Source: Octopus sinensis
Taxonomy: Eukaryota
Reading direction: 5' to 3'
DNA: 64,000 nucleotides
Assembly (NCBI RefSeq): GCF_006345805.1
Contig: NW_021832864.1
Location: forward strand, 33,265 to 97,264
The notes under the pieces are model-generated. The model did no database searches. It saw only the letters and a program-made list of their open reading frames with translations, and was not told the origin of the DNA. Below are positions 23,588-36,859 of this stretch, piece by piece; the first letter of the stretch is position 1, and every line of letters starts with the position of its first letter. Made by a program: the position numbers and the translations under genes.

Positions 23588-23684
<97 letters not shown>

Positions 23685-23798
23685 ATATATATATGTATAT
23701 ATATATATGTATATATATATAATATATATATATATATGTATATATATACATGTATATATATATGTATATATATATGTATATATATATGTGTGTGTGTA

Positions 23799-23848
<50 letters not shown>

Positions 23849-24738
23849 ATGCAAGATTTTTTATGTGAAGTCGTGTGTTGAAACAGATATTATTATATTT
23901 CGGAATGGTCATTTTGCCAGTTTAGCCAATAAAAACACACGCACTATATATTTGGTGTTACTTTGCTTCAGTGTCTTATTTCGGCCAGAGTTCTTTCGTC
24001 ACACTCCTGTGACCGCATCAGTGGTCCTTTGTTTAAAATGAAGCTGTTGCGTTGTCACAGTTTTCCTTAGGCAACAGAATATAGTGTTCTTCAGCTTCTG
24101 GGTAAATATACGCGCTGCAGTCGGTGCGTACATACGTATGTATGTATGTATGTATGTATGTATGTATGTATGTATGTATGTATGTATGTATGTATGTATA
24201 TGAATTGATTGCATCGCAATCCTTAACATTTATGTATTAACTTTGTTGGGTACTTCACTAGCAGTATATTGGATATATGTTATCCCATGGAGGGTTGCAT
24301 TTACAACCCTTATCTCAATTTGTATATATATATATAGTTAAATACATACATACATACGTACGTAGATACATAGATGCACATACCAGATGCGGCATATACA
24401 TTTACCCATTATGCAACCATAAGTTATGCATTTCAGTCGAGAAATTATTAAGGACCGAGGAGAAAGGAAAAGGTGGTCATTTTGAATTGTAAATATATGC
24501 AAAATATTCTCAATAGATACAATAATCAACCTGTAAATTTTCATTAACCAAAACTTAAAACTTTTTATTTTATGATGAAATGAATACTGGGTAAATATAC
24601 ACGGCGCAGCCGGTGCGTACAAACGTATGTATGTATGTATGTATGTGTATGTATGTATGTATGTATGTATGTATGTATGTATGTATGTATGTATGTATTA
24701 TGTATGTATGCTTATACATACATATACATATATATACG

Positions 24739-24797
<59 letters not shown>

Positions 24798-24833
24798 TAT
24801 ATATATATATATAATATTCATACACACATATAC

Positions 24834-24864
<31 letters not shown>

Positions 24865-24999
24865 AATATATATATATATTTATGTATATACATGTGTATG
24901 TGTATCTATTCACACAGACACACACACACATATATATATATATATGTATATACATGTATATGTATGGTATATATATATACATATATATATATGTATATA

Positions 25000-25065
<66 letters not shown>

Positions 25066-25621
25066 CATTAAAACTGAGCTCTGTTTAAGTTTTGAAAGAA
25101 ACACCGAAAACAATGGAAAGCGTTATAAAACTGCAGGGGAGGTGTCAAGAAGATTTACACACTTTATTTGTCTGGTCTTGATAATTAAATCGTGATAACG
25201 CTAGTGTATCACCTTCTGCTACATCAACCCTCACCCCGTCCCGAAACCGCCTTTTGCTTTTATGATACATTGAACTGAATTTAAACCCTCCATCAAGTTT
25301 TCACGTTAATTTATATTCCAAAAACCGCGGTGAGCTGGCGGAATCGTTAACACGCCAGGCAAAATTCTTTACGGAATTTCGTCCGCCTTTACGTTCTGAG
25401 TTCAAATTCCGCCGTACTTCACTTTACCTTTCATCCTTTCGGGGTCGATAAAATCCTTTCTACTATAGGCACAAGGCCTGAAATTTTGAGGGAGAGGGCT
25501 CGGTCGATTACATCGACCACAGTGCTCGTTTGGTGCTTAATTTATCGACCCCGGATAAATAAAAGGCAAAGTCGATCGCGACAGAATTTGAACTTAGCAC
25601 CTAAAGACAGGAAAAATTACC

Positions 25622-25839
25622 TATTTCTTTATTACCCACAAGGGGCTAAACATAGAAGAGACAAACAAGGACAGACATAGATATTAAGTCAATTACATCG
25701 ACCCCAGTGCGTTACTGGTACTTAATTTATCGACCCCGAAAGGATGAAAGGCAAAGTCGACCTCGGCAGAATTTGAACTCACAACGTAACGCAGACGAAA
25801 TACCGCTAAGCATTTCGCCCGGCGCGCTAACGTTTCTGC
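25622..25839 (-). mobile_element. SINE family B monomer nested in an older B' SINE, 14 bp TSD
   Basis: CAGGAAAAATTACC at 25608-25621 and 25840-25853; B' head continues at 25854-25900 and B' body at 25450-25607. Confidence 0.85.
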
Positions 25840-26769
25840 CAGGAAAAATTACCGCTAAACATTTTTGCCGGGTTGGCTAACGACTCTGCCAGTTCGCCAT
25901 CTTTTTTCTGGGTCAATAAAATAAATATTAACTGAACACTGGGGTTGATCAATCGACTTACCCGCTCCCTGAAATTGCTGGCCTTGTGCCAAAATTTGAA
26001 ATCAATGTACATTTCAAACACCGGCTTAATGATAACAAAGTTATTATAATGAATCCCACGTCGTTTTAAAAATTAATTGAAACACAGTCACTATATTTCA
26101 GCAATAAATATGGTCGCAAAAGAGTTAAGGATACCATGTTTCTATGGAACACTCTTTAACGTTCTCATTAATTCTGTGAATAGGCAATCCAGTTGATTAA
26201 ACAAATGAGATACACACCATCGAAACCAATTGAATATCCATTTACTCTATGTACATATCCATGAATAAAAAACACCTTTGGCGATCAGAAAGAAATTAAT
26301 GATTAAGCAGCCCAAGTGTAATATTTCCATATCTTTCATCTTCATAGAAGAGCTTAACTGACAGTAATCTAATTAACAACGATTCATCTCAGTTGTTTGG
26401 ATGTATAATATTGAATATATTTGCATTATGTCTGCAGAAAAGTAGGGCAATGGATTGATTGAGTGGTTAGAGTGTCAATTAAAATACCTTGCGGTATTTA
26501 GCTATAATCGTTAAGTTTTGAGTTCAAATCCCGATTCGCTCGACTTTGCCTTTATTCTTCCTGAGGAAATAAACAGGGCCACACTATTCAATGCGTTCTG
26601 CCATATTTTTTAAGAGACTAATGGTGTTGATAAGGAGATTTGGCTGCTATTTTTTTAAGGCCAGGTATTTTGGGAGGAAACAGTCTATTATATTTGAGAT
26701 TCGTCCTTGATTGGTACTTAATTTTATCATCAACGGAAGTGGTAAAAGTTGACTATAATCGAATTTGAA

Positions 26770-27152
26770 CTTAAATTCTTTTCTGCTCTAGGTACAAGAG
26801 CCTGAAATTTTGGAAGAGGGGACCAGTCGATTAAATCTGGTACTTAGTTTGTTGACCCTGAAAGGATGAAAGGCAAATTCAACCTTGGCAGAATTTGAAC
26901 TCAGAATGTATAGACAGACAAAATACCTATTTCTTTACTACCCACAAGGGGCTAGAGAGGACAAACAAGGACAGACATACGGATTAAGTCGATTATATCG
27001 ACCCCTGTGCGTAACTGGTACTTATTTAATCGACCCCGAAAGGATGAAAGGCAAAGTCGACCTCGGCAGAATTTGAACTCCGAACGTAGCGGGAGACGAA
27101 ATACCGCTAAACATTTCGCCCGGCGTGCTAACGTTTCTGCCAGCTCACCGCC
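26770..27152 (-). mobile_element. SINE B head plus unit fused to a B' body
   Basis: Minus strand: head, one B unit ending GAAATA, then GGTATTTTGTCTG... continuing into the B'-type tail (AAATTTCAGGCTCTTGTACC). Confidence 0.8.
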
Positions 27153-27399
27153 TTACTCTTCAGGTAATATTAATAACAAATAATAGTCTCAAAGTTTGGT
27201 ACAAAACCATCAATTTTAGTGGATGGTGCTTAGCTGATTACATCGATCTTAGAACTTGACTGGTTCTTTATTTTATCGACACCAAAAGAATGAAAGGCAA
27301 AATTTACCTCGGCAGATTTTGAACTCAGATCGTGAAGAGCCGAAGGAAATGTCGTGAAGCATTTTGCCCCATGCAAAACACTTCTACACCATCATCATT

Positions 27400-27770
27400 G
27401 TTCGACCGTCGTCGAGACAATGGAATTTACCATGCTACGCCAGACTTCACGGTCCATCATGGCATTACGGAGGTCTTGTTGCTGGATGCCTGTATCCCTG
27501 GAGATTACATTAGGGTAGATGGCTTCCAGTAGAGAAGAGTAGAAATTACCTCTTTTTCAGCTATACAACAATGTCCAGCAAACTGGACTCTCCTACCTTT
27601 CACAAGAGATGACACAGGTGGTAGTTTCCCATATATTTGCATTTTGGTTGGATGGCGCCTCCACGAGAGATTTTGAGCTCTCATAAGGAGGCGAGTGTAG
27701 GTTCCATCCAACCGCCTCTCAAGCTTCTTTGATAACACTTCTACAAGCTTGCTGTATTTTTAATAAACAA
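27400..27770 (-). mobile_element. RTE-clade LINE 3' fragment
   Basis: LSKKLERRLDGTYTRLLMRAQNLSWRRHPTKMQIYGKLPPVSSLVKGRRVQFAGHC...ISTLLYWKP. Confidence 0.85.
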
Positions 27771-27954
27771 TAAATATCTATTGCTTATTCTACAGTATCC
27801 AAACATTCTTCACACGAGGTACGCCAACACTGTGCGACATGGTGAAGAGGTGTATCGGAAAAAAATGTTTGTAAACTCCTGCGCTACATGGTGACTCGAT
27901 CTGCAAAATATGACAACCGAATCTTCCTAAGATATTGCTTTATATTCTATAAAA

Positions 27955-29070
27955 TAGTTGAATATATACTGTAGATTGGTGTACTACAATGTTGGTTGGT
28001 GTAGTACGCTGTAGTAAAGAGTAGTATGATGTGGTACGGTAAAGTATGGTAAGGTACGGTAAGGTACGCCGTAGTATAGAGTAGTATGATGTGTTACGGT
28101 GTGGTATGTCGTAGTACAGTGTTGTATGCTGTGGTACGATGTGGTACGCTGCAGTAGAGAGTAGTACATTGTAGTATATTTTATGTAGTACGATGTAGGA
28201 CGTCGATGTGGTGTAGTGTGACGTAATGTAGTGTGATATGGTGTGGTTTTAGTGTAGCATTGTGGTGCACCATGTTTAGAGTGGTGTGGGATTTTATAGC
28301 GTCGTGTAGTGTAAAATAGCGTAGCGTGGTGTGATGTAATTTAGTGCAACACACTATAGTAAAGTGTGGAAGTGTGTGCTTGTAGTGTTGTATAGGGCAG
28401 TATAATGTAGTGTAATATAATGTGATGCGGTATGATGAGGTGTGATGCTGTATGGTATATTGTCGTGTGGTGTAGTATGTGTGATATATCATATTGTAGA
28501 AGGCGGCGAGCTGGCAGAAACGTTAGCACGTCGGGCGAAATGCTTAGCAGTATTTCGTCTGCCGTTACGTTCTGAATTCAAATTCCGCCGAGGTCGACTT
28601 CGCCTTTCATCCTTTCGGGGTCGATAAATTAAGTACCAGTTATGCACTGGGGTCGATGTAATCGACTTAATCCCTTTGTCTGTCCTTGTTTGTCCTCTCT
28701 GTGCTTAGCCCCTTGTGGGTAGTAAAGAAATAGGTATTTCGTCTGCAGTTACGTTGTGAGTTCAAATTCCGCCGAGGTCGACTTTGCCTTTCATCCTTTC
28801 GGGGTCGATAAATTAAGTACCAGTTATGCACTGGGGTCGATGTAATCGACTTAATCCCTTTGTCTGTTCTTGTTTGTCCACTCTATGTTTAGCCCCTTGT
28901 GGGTAGTAAAGAAATAAGTATGTGTGATATATCATATTGTAGTGTAGTTTGAGGTCCTGTGATGTAGTATAGCATAATGTAGAGCAGTGCGGAGTGGTGC
29001 ATATTAGTATAGAGCCGTGTAGTGTAGTGTGGTGTAGGTGTAGTGTGGTGCGGTAGATTGTAGTGTACGT
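27955..29070. repeat. Degenerate pentamer repeat (GTAGT/GTGTA/GTATG), interrupted by a SINE
   Basis: Period-5 low-complexity sequence at 27955-28499 and 28917-29070. Confidence 0.8.
28500..28916 (+). mobile_element. SINE family B dimer with 26 bp TSD
   Basis: Units start at 28549 and 28733; AGTATGTGTGATATATCATATTGTAG at 28474-28499 and 28917-28942. Confidence 0.92.
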
Positions 29071-29589
29071 GATACAGTCTGATTGAACTCAAGTTTTATG
29101 CAAACATTAATACATAACAGAATAATTTATCACAGCAGTCAACGTCCACCATATAAATTATTTCGTGAAATTTTAATTACCGACATTATAAATAGTATAG
29201 GAACTTTACCAAACTGTTACACCTTGTTGTTATTGTTATCGTTGGCTACTTTTGGCGTATGTGTTAATATGTGTGTGTGTGTGTATGTTTTAAATCTTTA
29301 TTTTGTTTTGTTATAATTTTTGCTTTGTCTAATTTCCTCTAGTTGCCCACTCTCTGTCTCTCTGCCTCTGTCTGTTTTTCTTTCTCTCTGTCTCTGTCTC
29401 CCTCTGTCTCTCTGTCACTTTCTCTGTCTCTCTCTGTCTCTCTCTCTCTCTCTTTCCAAACAGAACTTCATAAAATACAACACCTGCCTAACGACATCTC
29501 TTAATTGCCTTCTTACTTCCATGTCACTAATAGGAACTTGACGATGCAAGCACTGAAACAACCCCCACGTTTAGCAATTACTGCAAAGT

Positions 29590-30620
29590 AAGACATGACG
29601 TGTTATTTGAAGAATCCAGTAATCTCGATCTCCATGGGAAAGATCTCCTAATCTTGCTGAACCCGTATTGGAACCAATCAGCGTGCACACAAAGGCGGAC
29701 AGAGGATGCGGTGAATACACTAGCTTCAGGAGAGGGGATAGACAAGGAGGTGTTATGCCACCAAATCTCTTCAATTACTATAGCGAATTAATCATAAGAG
29801 AACTGGAGAAGGAAACAGTCTTAAGGTAGGAGGAGAAATCATCACAAACATAAGATAGCAGACGACATAGTTCACTCGCAAAATCAGAAAAGAAATTTCA
29901 GAGACTGCTGGATGTAGTGATCAGAAAAGGTGAAAGGAAGGGTCTGTTCATAAATTGCAAGAAAATAGAGTGTATGGTGGTGACAAAGAAGGGAAATCCA
30001 AATTACATACTGAAAGTGAACAATGAAATCATTAAGCAGGTATCATCCTTCAGATACCTTGGAACTTTGGTCACAGAAGATGTAAGATGTGCGAAAGAGA
30101 TCAAAAGATGAATAGTGATGGCAAAATCTGCATTTTCAAAATTGTATAACTGTACTCTCAGCACCAAGACCAAGACCGTGAATTGAATTGCCATGTCTAC
30201 CGTGTGTTAACGTATGGAAACGAAGCATGTCTATAACACCAGAAATGAGAAAATGCTTGGAGAGTTGTGAATGTGGTTCTTCAGGAGAATGTTGAGGATA
30301 GTATGGACAAAGTGTCTAACGAAAAATGGTGACCCAGGATGTGGTAAATACGAAAATGCCTCGTGAGATAAGAGCCAAGCAACTGAGACTTCTTGGTCAT
30401 ATGATGAGGAAAAAGGGCTTGGAGAATTTAGCCACAACCAGAAAGACTGAAGGGAAAAGAAGCAGAGGAGAGAGAAGGATGATATGGACGTCAACTTTGG
30501 GGAACTGGCCGGAAGAAAACGGCACTAAACATCAGGAAGTGGAACTGTTACAGAAAGAAAAGAACAGAGAATTGTAGCAGAACATGATTGCCTATGTTCG
30601 TCATTTTGCACATGGCGCCT
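29590..30620 (+). mobile_element. RTE/BovB-like LINE, RT to 3' end, frameshifted
   Basis: Frames give LKVGGEIITNIR, GLFINCKKIECMVV...IKQVSSFRYLGTLVTEDVRCAKEIKR and QLRLLGHMMRKKGLENLATTRKTEGKRSRG.RR; ends at a (TCTA)n tail. Confidence 0.88.
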
Positions 30621-30627
30621 AAAGAAG

Positions 30628-30695
<68 letters not shown>

Positions 30696-30716
30696 GTCTG
30701 TATGTCTGTCTATCTA

Positions 30717-30777
<61 letters not shown>

Positions 30778-30850
30778 TTGAAAGCTAAAACAACCCGAAG
30801 CGCATTGTAACCAGCGATGTATAACAATATCCAACAGTCTGGTTGACACT

Positions 30851-30924
<74 letters not shown>

Positions 30925-30949
30925 AGTGTGCACACCCACACATACACAC

Positions 30950-31324
30950 ATATGCCTGCCCTCATATCGCCAATATGGATGACCAAGGAAGCCATTCAAA
31001 CGCATGGCTGGGAAGTGCTGCCACACCCACCATACTCTCCTGATTTGGCACCAACGGATTTCCGCCTCTTTCGATCTCTTTCAAATGCTATGCATGGAGT
31101 TTCATTCAATACTGATGCAGAATTGAGAGATTGGTTGGATCAATTTTTCGAATCGAAATCGGGTGATTTCTACCAACGAGATATTGAAAATCTTATTGAA
31201 CGTTGGGAAGAAGTTGTAAACAATGAGGGTGAATACATTATTCATTAATTAGTTCTTTTTTTTTTATTAAACCTTTAAAAAAATTTAAATTTAAAAAACG
31301 GCTGGAACTTAGTTGCCAACCCAA
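30950..31324 (+). mobile_element. mariner transposon 3' fragment with right TIR
   Basis: [25 protein letters not shown]...ERWEEVVNNEGEYIIH* (YSPDLAP..D motif); end ...CTTAGTTGCCAACCCAA followed by TA. Confidence 0.92.
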
Positions 31325-31334
31325 TATCTCTGTC

Positions 31335-31445
<111 letters not shown>

Positions 31446-32289
31446 CTCTCTCTCTCTCTCTCTCTCCCTATATATATATATATATATATATATCTTACAT
31501 TCTTATCTACGTAGTGGAAACAAACACAGATACAAAGACACGCACACGTAGATATGAATGTAAGGTATATATATATATATCTTACATTCATATCTACATG
31601 TGCGTGTCTTAGTGTCTGTGTTTGTTCCCACCACTGCTTGATAACTGTTTACGTTCAGCGAAATATGTCGTTAGAACTTAAGAACTTAATAAGTACTGGG
31701 TCCAATTTGTTCGACTCAACCCCTCAAAATGTTGCTTCAGCATTGCCGGAGTTTAATGACTGAAAGTGTAAAAAAAAAAAAAAAAAAAAGAAATCACTCG
31801 TAGAGTTTCGTTTCTCATACCATCCACTAACACTCTCTATAATGGGAGTGTTACTACTCTGCCATCTGCATTGACTAAATAGTAGGGTGCAGTGAAAACC
31901 TTGCAAATTTCAAATGCCAAATACCCAACCGCTTGGCTCGGGCCTGCAGTTCGGTCAAAGAAACGAACCGGCGGAAGACATGTCACATAATACAGCCAGA
32001 ATATATATTACGAAGCATCTCTTGTGGCCCTTTAACAATTCTGCCAAGCTACCGCCCTCGATTGTTGTATTTTTATCGACCTCGAAAGGATAAAAAGTAA
32101 AGTTTATCTCGGGTGAGGAATGGGGTTTGAAATCAGAGCAAGTACCGCGTGCCATTCTAAATCTCTACAGCTCTGCTAATTCTCTGGATCATAATCCGCC
32201 ATTGGCATCACAATCTGTGTCTCTATCATACTAGATATATATATATAGATACACATAGATTCGGATATATCTAAATATAGCTTCAAGAT

Positions 32290-32545
32290 GAGCCATTACG
32301 TCTCTTCATTGAGGGATCACAGTACAGTTAGTACAGACATGTGATTAGAATGTCGCAGGAAGCATGAATTCTTAGAGCTGAGCCTACAGGGAGCGGACCT
32401 GAAGTAGATCAAGAACGAGATGGTTGAATAATATTCATCGTCTCAGATGGTTACGCTTGGGAATCTGGCGGGAAAGTCAAATGACTGAAAGCATCTTGTG
32501 GAGGTGCCTGACTACACTAACAACACGACCATCCCAGAAATAGTG
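32290..32545 (+). mobile_element. RTE-clade (Rex3/Expander-like) LINE 3' fragment
   Basis: SRSRTRWLNNIHRLRWLRLGIWRES...LTTLTTRPS resembles the GRPRTRW.D.I..L.W.RLGI...LLPPRP terminus. Confidence 0.6.
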
Positions 32546-32581
32546 GGTGGAGATTTAAGTTTGGATGGATATACGTAGATA

Positions 32582-32797
32582 CGAGGGGGTGCTGAAAAGT
32601 TCCTGGTACTAACGGTATCTTGAAAGGCCTTGTTGGAGACCCAACCTTCCGAGTTCTTTTACAGGGCTTAGAAAAACCGAAGGACCGTCGCAATAAGTGT
32701 GTGAATCTGAGAGGGCAATTCGTTGAATAAAATCATAATTAACTGATGCCCCTGTATTTTCTTTTACTCAAAGTCAGGGACATTTGAGTACTCCTTG
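32582..32797 (+). mobile_element. mariner-derived MITE / internal deletion derivative
   Basis: TA|CGAGGGGGTGCTGAAAAGTTCCTGG ... TCAGGGACATTTGAGTACTCCTTG|TA imperfect TIRs; retains transposase end GLEKPKDRRNKCVNLRGQFVE*. Confidence 0.8.
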
Positions 32798-33499
32798 TAT
32801 ATCTATATCTAGATGAAGATATATGTACATGCGTACAAAAGAACAATTAATTTCCATACATCTCAGTAATGTGCTATTAAGCATTGAATATAATTTAGCG
32901 CATGTCTATAAGAATTAGTAAGTTTTGAGCTCAGTACATAATGAATCTGATCGCATTTGAACTCATAATGTACAGGATCGAAACAAAATAACGCAAGACA
33001 CGATATATGGTGCTTTAGACTTTCTTTCCACACCAATAGATTTGATATCATTTGACAAAAATTCTTTCCTGCCTCCAGTTGTAGAGAGGTTGTGTGCCTC
33101 CGGCCATCGAGTCTTACGTGTCACCTATACCTCTAAGAACCTTATTGGTGTGAAAACAATGGCCACTTTCTGACCGATCATAATCAGCAACATTTGATGC
33201 ATCAGTGTGTGTGTGTGTTGTGTGTGTGTGTATGTGCGTGTGTGAATGTTTGTCATCCAGCCACTGCTTGACAAAAGGTGCTGGTTTGTTTACATTTCCG
33301 TAACATAGCCGTTCAGCAAAAAAAAAATGTAATAAAATATGCACCAGAGTCAAACAAATGATAACTAGTGCAGATTTGTTCGACGAAAGCCTCGAAGGCG
33401 GTAGACCAGCATGACTGCCGACCAACGGCTAGAATAAGTAAAAGACATAGGAAAACATAAAAGAAAATATAAAAGATATTGCCTTCTTTTATTGGATAC

Positions 33500-33890
33500 T
33501 CTTTTACTTCTTTCAGTCATTTGACTGCGGCCATACTGGAACCGCCTTTGGTCGATCAAATCGACCCCAGGACTTATTCTTTGGAAGCCTAGTACTTATT
33601 TTGTCGGTCACTTTTACTGAACCGCTAAGTTACGGGGACATAAACACACCAGCATCGGTTGTCAAGCGATGTTGAGAGGACAAACACAGACACACAAACA
33701 CACACACATATACATATACATATATACGACGGGCTTCTTTCAGTTTCCATCTACCAAATTCACTCACAAGGCTTTGGTCGGCTCGAGGCTATAGTAGAAG
33801 GCACTTGCCCAAGGTGCCACGCAGTGGGACTGAACCTGGGACCATGTGATTGGTAAGCAAGCTACTTACCACACAACCACTCCTATGCCT
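33500..33890 (-). mobile_element. SINE family A, full length
   Basis: Reverse complement of the family A head and tail. Further degenerate or partial copies at about 1990-2150, 3830-4060, 21945-22440, 33225-33460, 34215-34650, 36280-36480, 52220-52400, 53510-53850, 56160-56340, 59570-59800 and 63180-63410. Confidence 0.88.
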
Positions 33891-35761
33891 ATAACAACTT
33901 CTGTTGGAATCGACTCCAGTATATAACTGATAATTATACTCCCGGTGAGAGAAGGATGCAAAGTAAAGGTAGGTTAAAGCTAATCTTCGAACGTAGAGAA
34001 AAAAGAAAGAAAGAACGGAAGAGAGATAGGTAGATAGATAGAGAGTGAGATAGAGAGAAAGAAGGAGTCTACGAGAAAGAGAGAGAGAGAGAGAAAGAGA
34101 AAGAGAAAGAGAGAGGGGGATAGATTAAATTACAATAAAGTATTTCGTTTACTGCTACACTTATCTCTCGCCACTGTTAATTTATAAGGGAAGCTGATAA
34201 ATTTTTGATCGCCATCGGTGTGGCCGTGTGGTAAGGAGTTTGCTTCTGAAATACATGGTTTCGGATTCAATCCCACTGCGTGTAACCTTGGGCAAGAGTC
34301 TTCTACTATATTTCCGGATCGCTTACAGTCTTACGAGCGGATATGTTTGACAGAAACTGAAAGAAGCTCGTCGTATATGCATACATACATACATGCATGC
34401 ATGCAAACATGCATACATACATACATGCGTGTGTGTGAGTGCGTTTGTGTCTGTATTTCTTTGCTCACCACTGCTTGACAACCATTGTTGGTTTATTTAC
34501 GTCCCCCTAACTTAACAGTTCAACCAAAGAGACCGATATAATAACTACAAGGTTAAAAAAACCCCCAAAAAACTGGGGGTGAATTCGTTCGACTAAAATC
34601 ATTCAAGGCGGTACTCCGTCGTGGTCGCAGTCCAATGACTATATCAGATAAAAGATAAAAGTTAAAATATATAAGAAGCTGCTTCAAATTTACAAACACA
34701 TATGCCTTAGTCAGAAAGCATTCCTATTTAATGTGAGAATACAGCGCCCCCAGAGTTGCGACTAGATGGGATGAACTTGAAAGCAGTATTTATAGTTGAA
34801 ACAATACTGGAGTAACACCAACCTGTCTAACTATAATTAATAACAGAATATGTTACAAGGGAGACTACTCCCAAATATTTTAAAAAGAGATTTAGTTCTG
34901 CAGAAGTTATTTCCCTTGAAATACATGATTTTAAAAAAAGAAATGAATACATTACCCTTTACGCAAAATCATTGTTAAGAATGTCAATGTATTTATATAT
35001 AGCATATTATGCGAATGGTGACTATACGTATAATATCTTTCGAGGAATTGAATTTTATTACGCGAGTGTGTGCGCATTTACTTAGTGATTCTTTCTTTAC
35101 CATTTCACAAACACAATGAGGTCAACGTTTGTTCGAGGAAGTTTACTATAAAATCATCTAGATTTACGTCTCGTAATTATCCACCGCATCTATAGTTTAT
35201 GACTAATATTTTTTAATCTGATTTCAATTTTTAAAACATTCCCAGCATTCTCCGCATTAAAGGTTAACATTGATCTAAGGGAACTAACTCTTGATAATGG
35301 GAATCTACTCGTAAATATAGCAAATACATAGCGTTGTCGTATGTCGTATGTCCAAATTTGGGCAAATGCGTTTTTTCAATATTTAAATTTCCCTGGGCCT
35401 TGTGCCTAGAGAAGAAATGAATATTTAACCTTGCTTGCAATAGCCGCTTCTTTTGCTGAAACTATCGTATCTCATCTCCATCTGCTTCAGATTAAAATTG
35501 CCAATTGTAATACAACGGTTTAACATGTTTTCAAAAGTGTAGTAAGTCCCACATACGACAAATCATTTCTAACAGAAAATATCATACATGCAAGGAGTTA
35601 TGATTTCATGCACTCAACAAAGTATTATTGTTAAGCTGATACTATTACGAAGGCAAAAGGAAATGGAATGGTGTAATAATTTTTTCGTTTTCTGAAAAAG
35701 CAACGTTTTGAACTTATGGCACATTTGCATAATGGCGATGTTTACGTATTTACGAGTGTGC

Positions 35762-36097
35762 AGGCGCGTGGCTCAGTGGTTAGAGCGTCGAGCTTATGAT
35801 CGTGAGGTTGTGAGCTCGAATCCCGGACCGGGCTGCGTGTTGTGTTCTTGATCAAGACACTTTATTTCACGTTGCTCCAGTTCACTCAGCTGTAGAAATG
35901 AGTTGCGACGTCACAGGTGCCAAGCTGTATCGGCCCTTGCCTTTCCCTCGGACAACATCGGTGACGTGGAGAGGGGAGGCCGGTACGCATGGGCGACTGC
36001 TGGTCTTCCATAAAACAACCTTGCCCAGACTTGTGCCTAAGAGGGTAACTCTCTAGGTGCAAACCCATGGTCAGTGTCTGACCGAAGGGGGTCACCA
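35762..36097 (+). mobile_element. tRNA-derived SINE family D, near full length
   Basis: GGCGCGTGGCTCAGTGGTTAGAGCG (A box) ... GCTCGAATCCC (B box), then GTGTTGTGTTCTTGATCAAGACACTTTA central domain. Confidence 0.85.
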
Positions 36098-36637
36098 CGT
36101 ATTTTCCATTTTGCGGTTAGAACAAAATCGTCTGTGTTTAAAATGCCTCCAACCTCAGAGTTTTTGCCTATCGTTGTAGCTTTGCATTAAAAACATTCCG
36201 TTTATTCCCGCACAAATATCACACATCTATGAACTAATAAGATCAGTGTTTATTTTTTTTTGTTTATATCTTTTACTTGTCTTTATCATAAGACTGCGGC
36301 CATGCTGGGAGAATCGCTTAAGGGTTTAGTCGAGCAAATCGACTCCAGTTCTAATTCCTTTAAATTTTTAAAGCATGGCACTTATTCAATCAGTTACTTT
36401 TGCTGAACCGCTATGTTACAACGATGTAAATAAACCGACACCAGTTGTCTAGTGGCAGTGGGTGGGACAAACTCAAAGATACATACATACAAACATACAT
36501 TCATGTATACATGATGCATGCATACATACATACAGACATGCATACAAACATACATAGATGCATACATACTTACATACATAAATAAGTATACATATGTACG
36601 TGCATACGTATGTATGTATGCATGTATGTATGCATGA

Positions 36638-36670
<33 letters not shown>

Positions 36671-36859
36671 TGTATGTATGTATGTATGTATGTATGTATG
36701 TATGTATGTATGTATGTATGTATGTATGTATGTATGTATGTATGTATGTATGTATGTATGTATGTATGTATGTATTAACTTTAACTTGGATAACTTTTAT
36801 AGGTTTCGGTCAGTAAAGGCCCAGGCCATGTCTAACTTAATCGCACTATCTGGTGAAGT

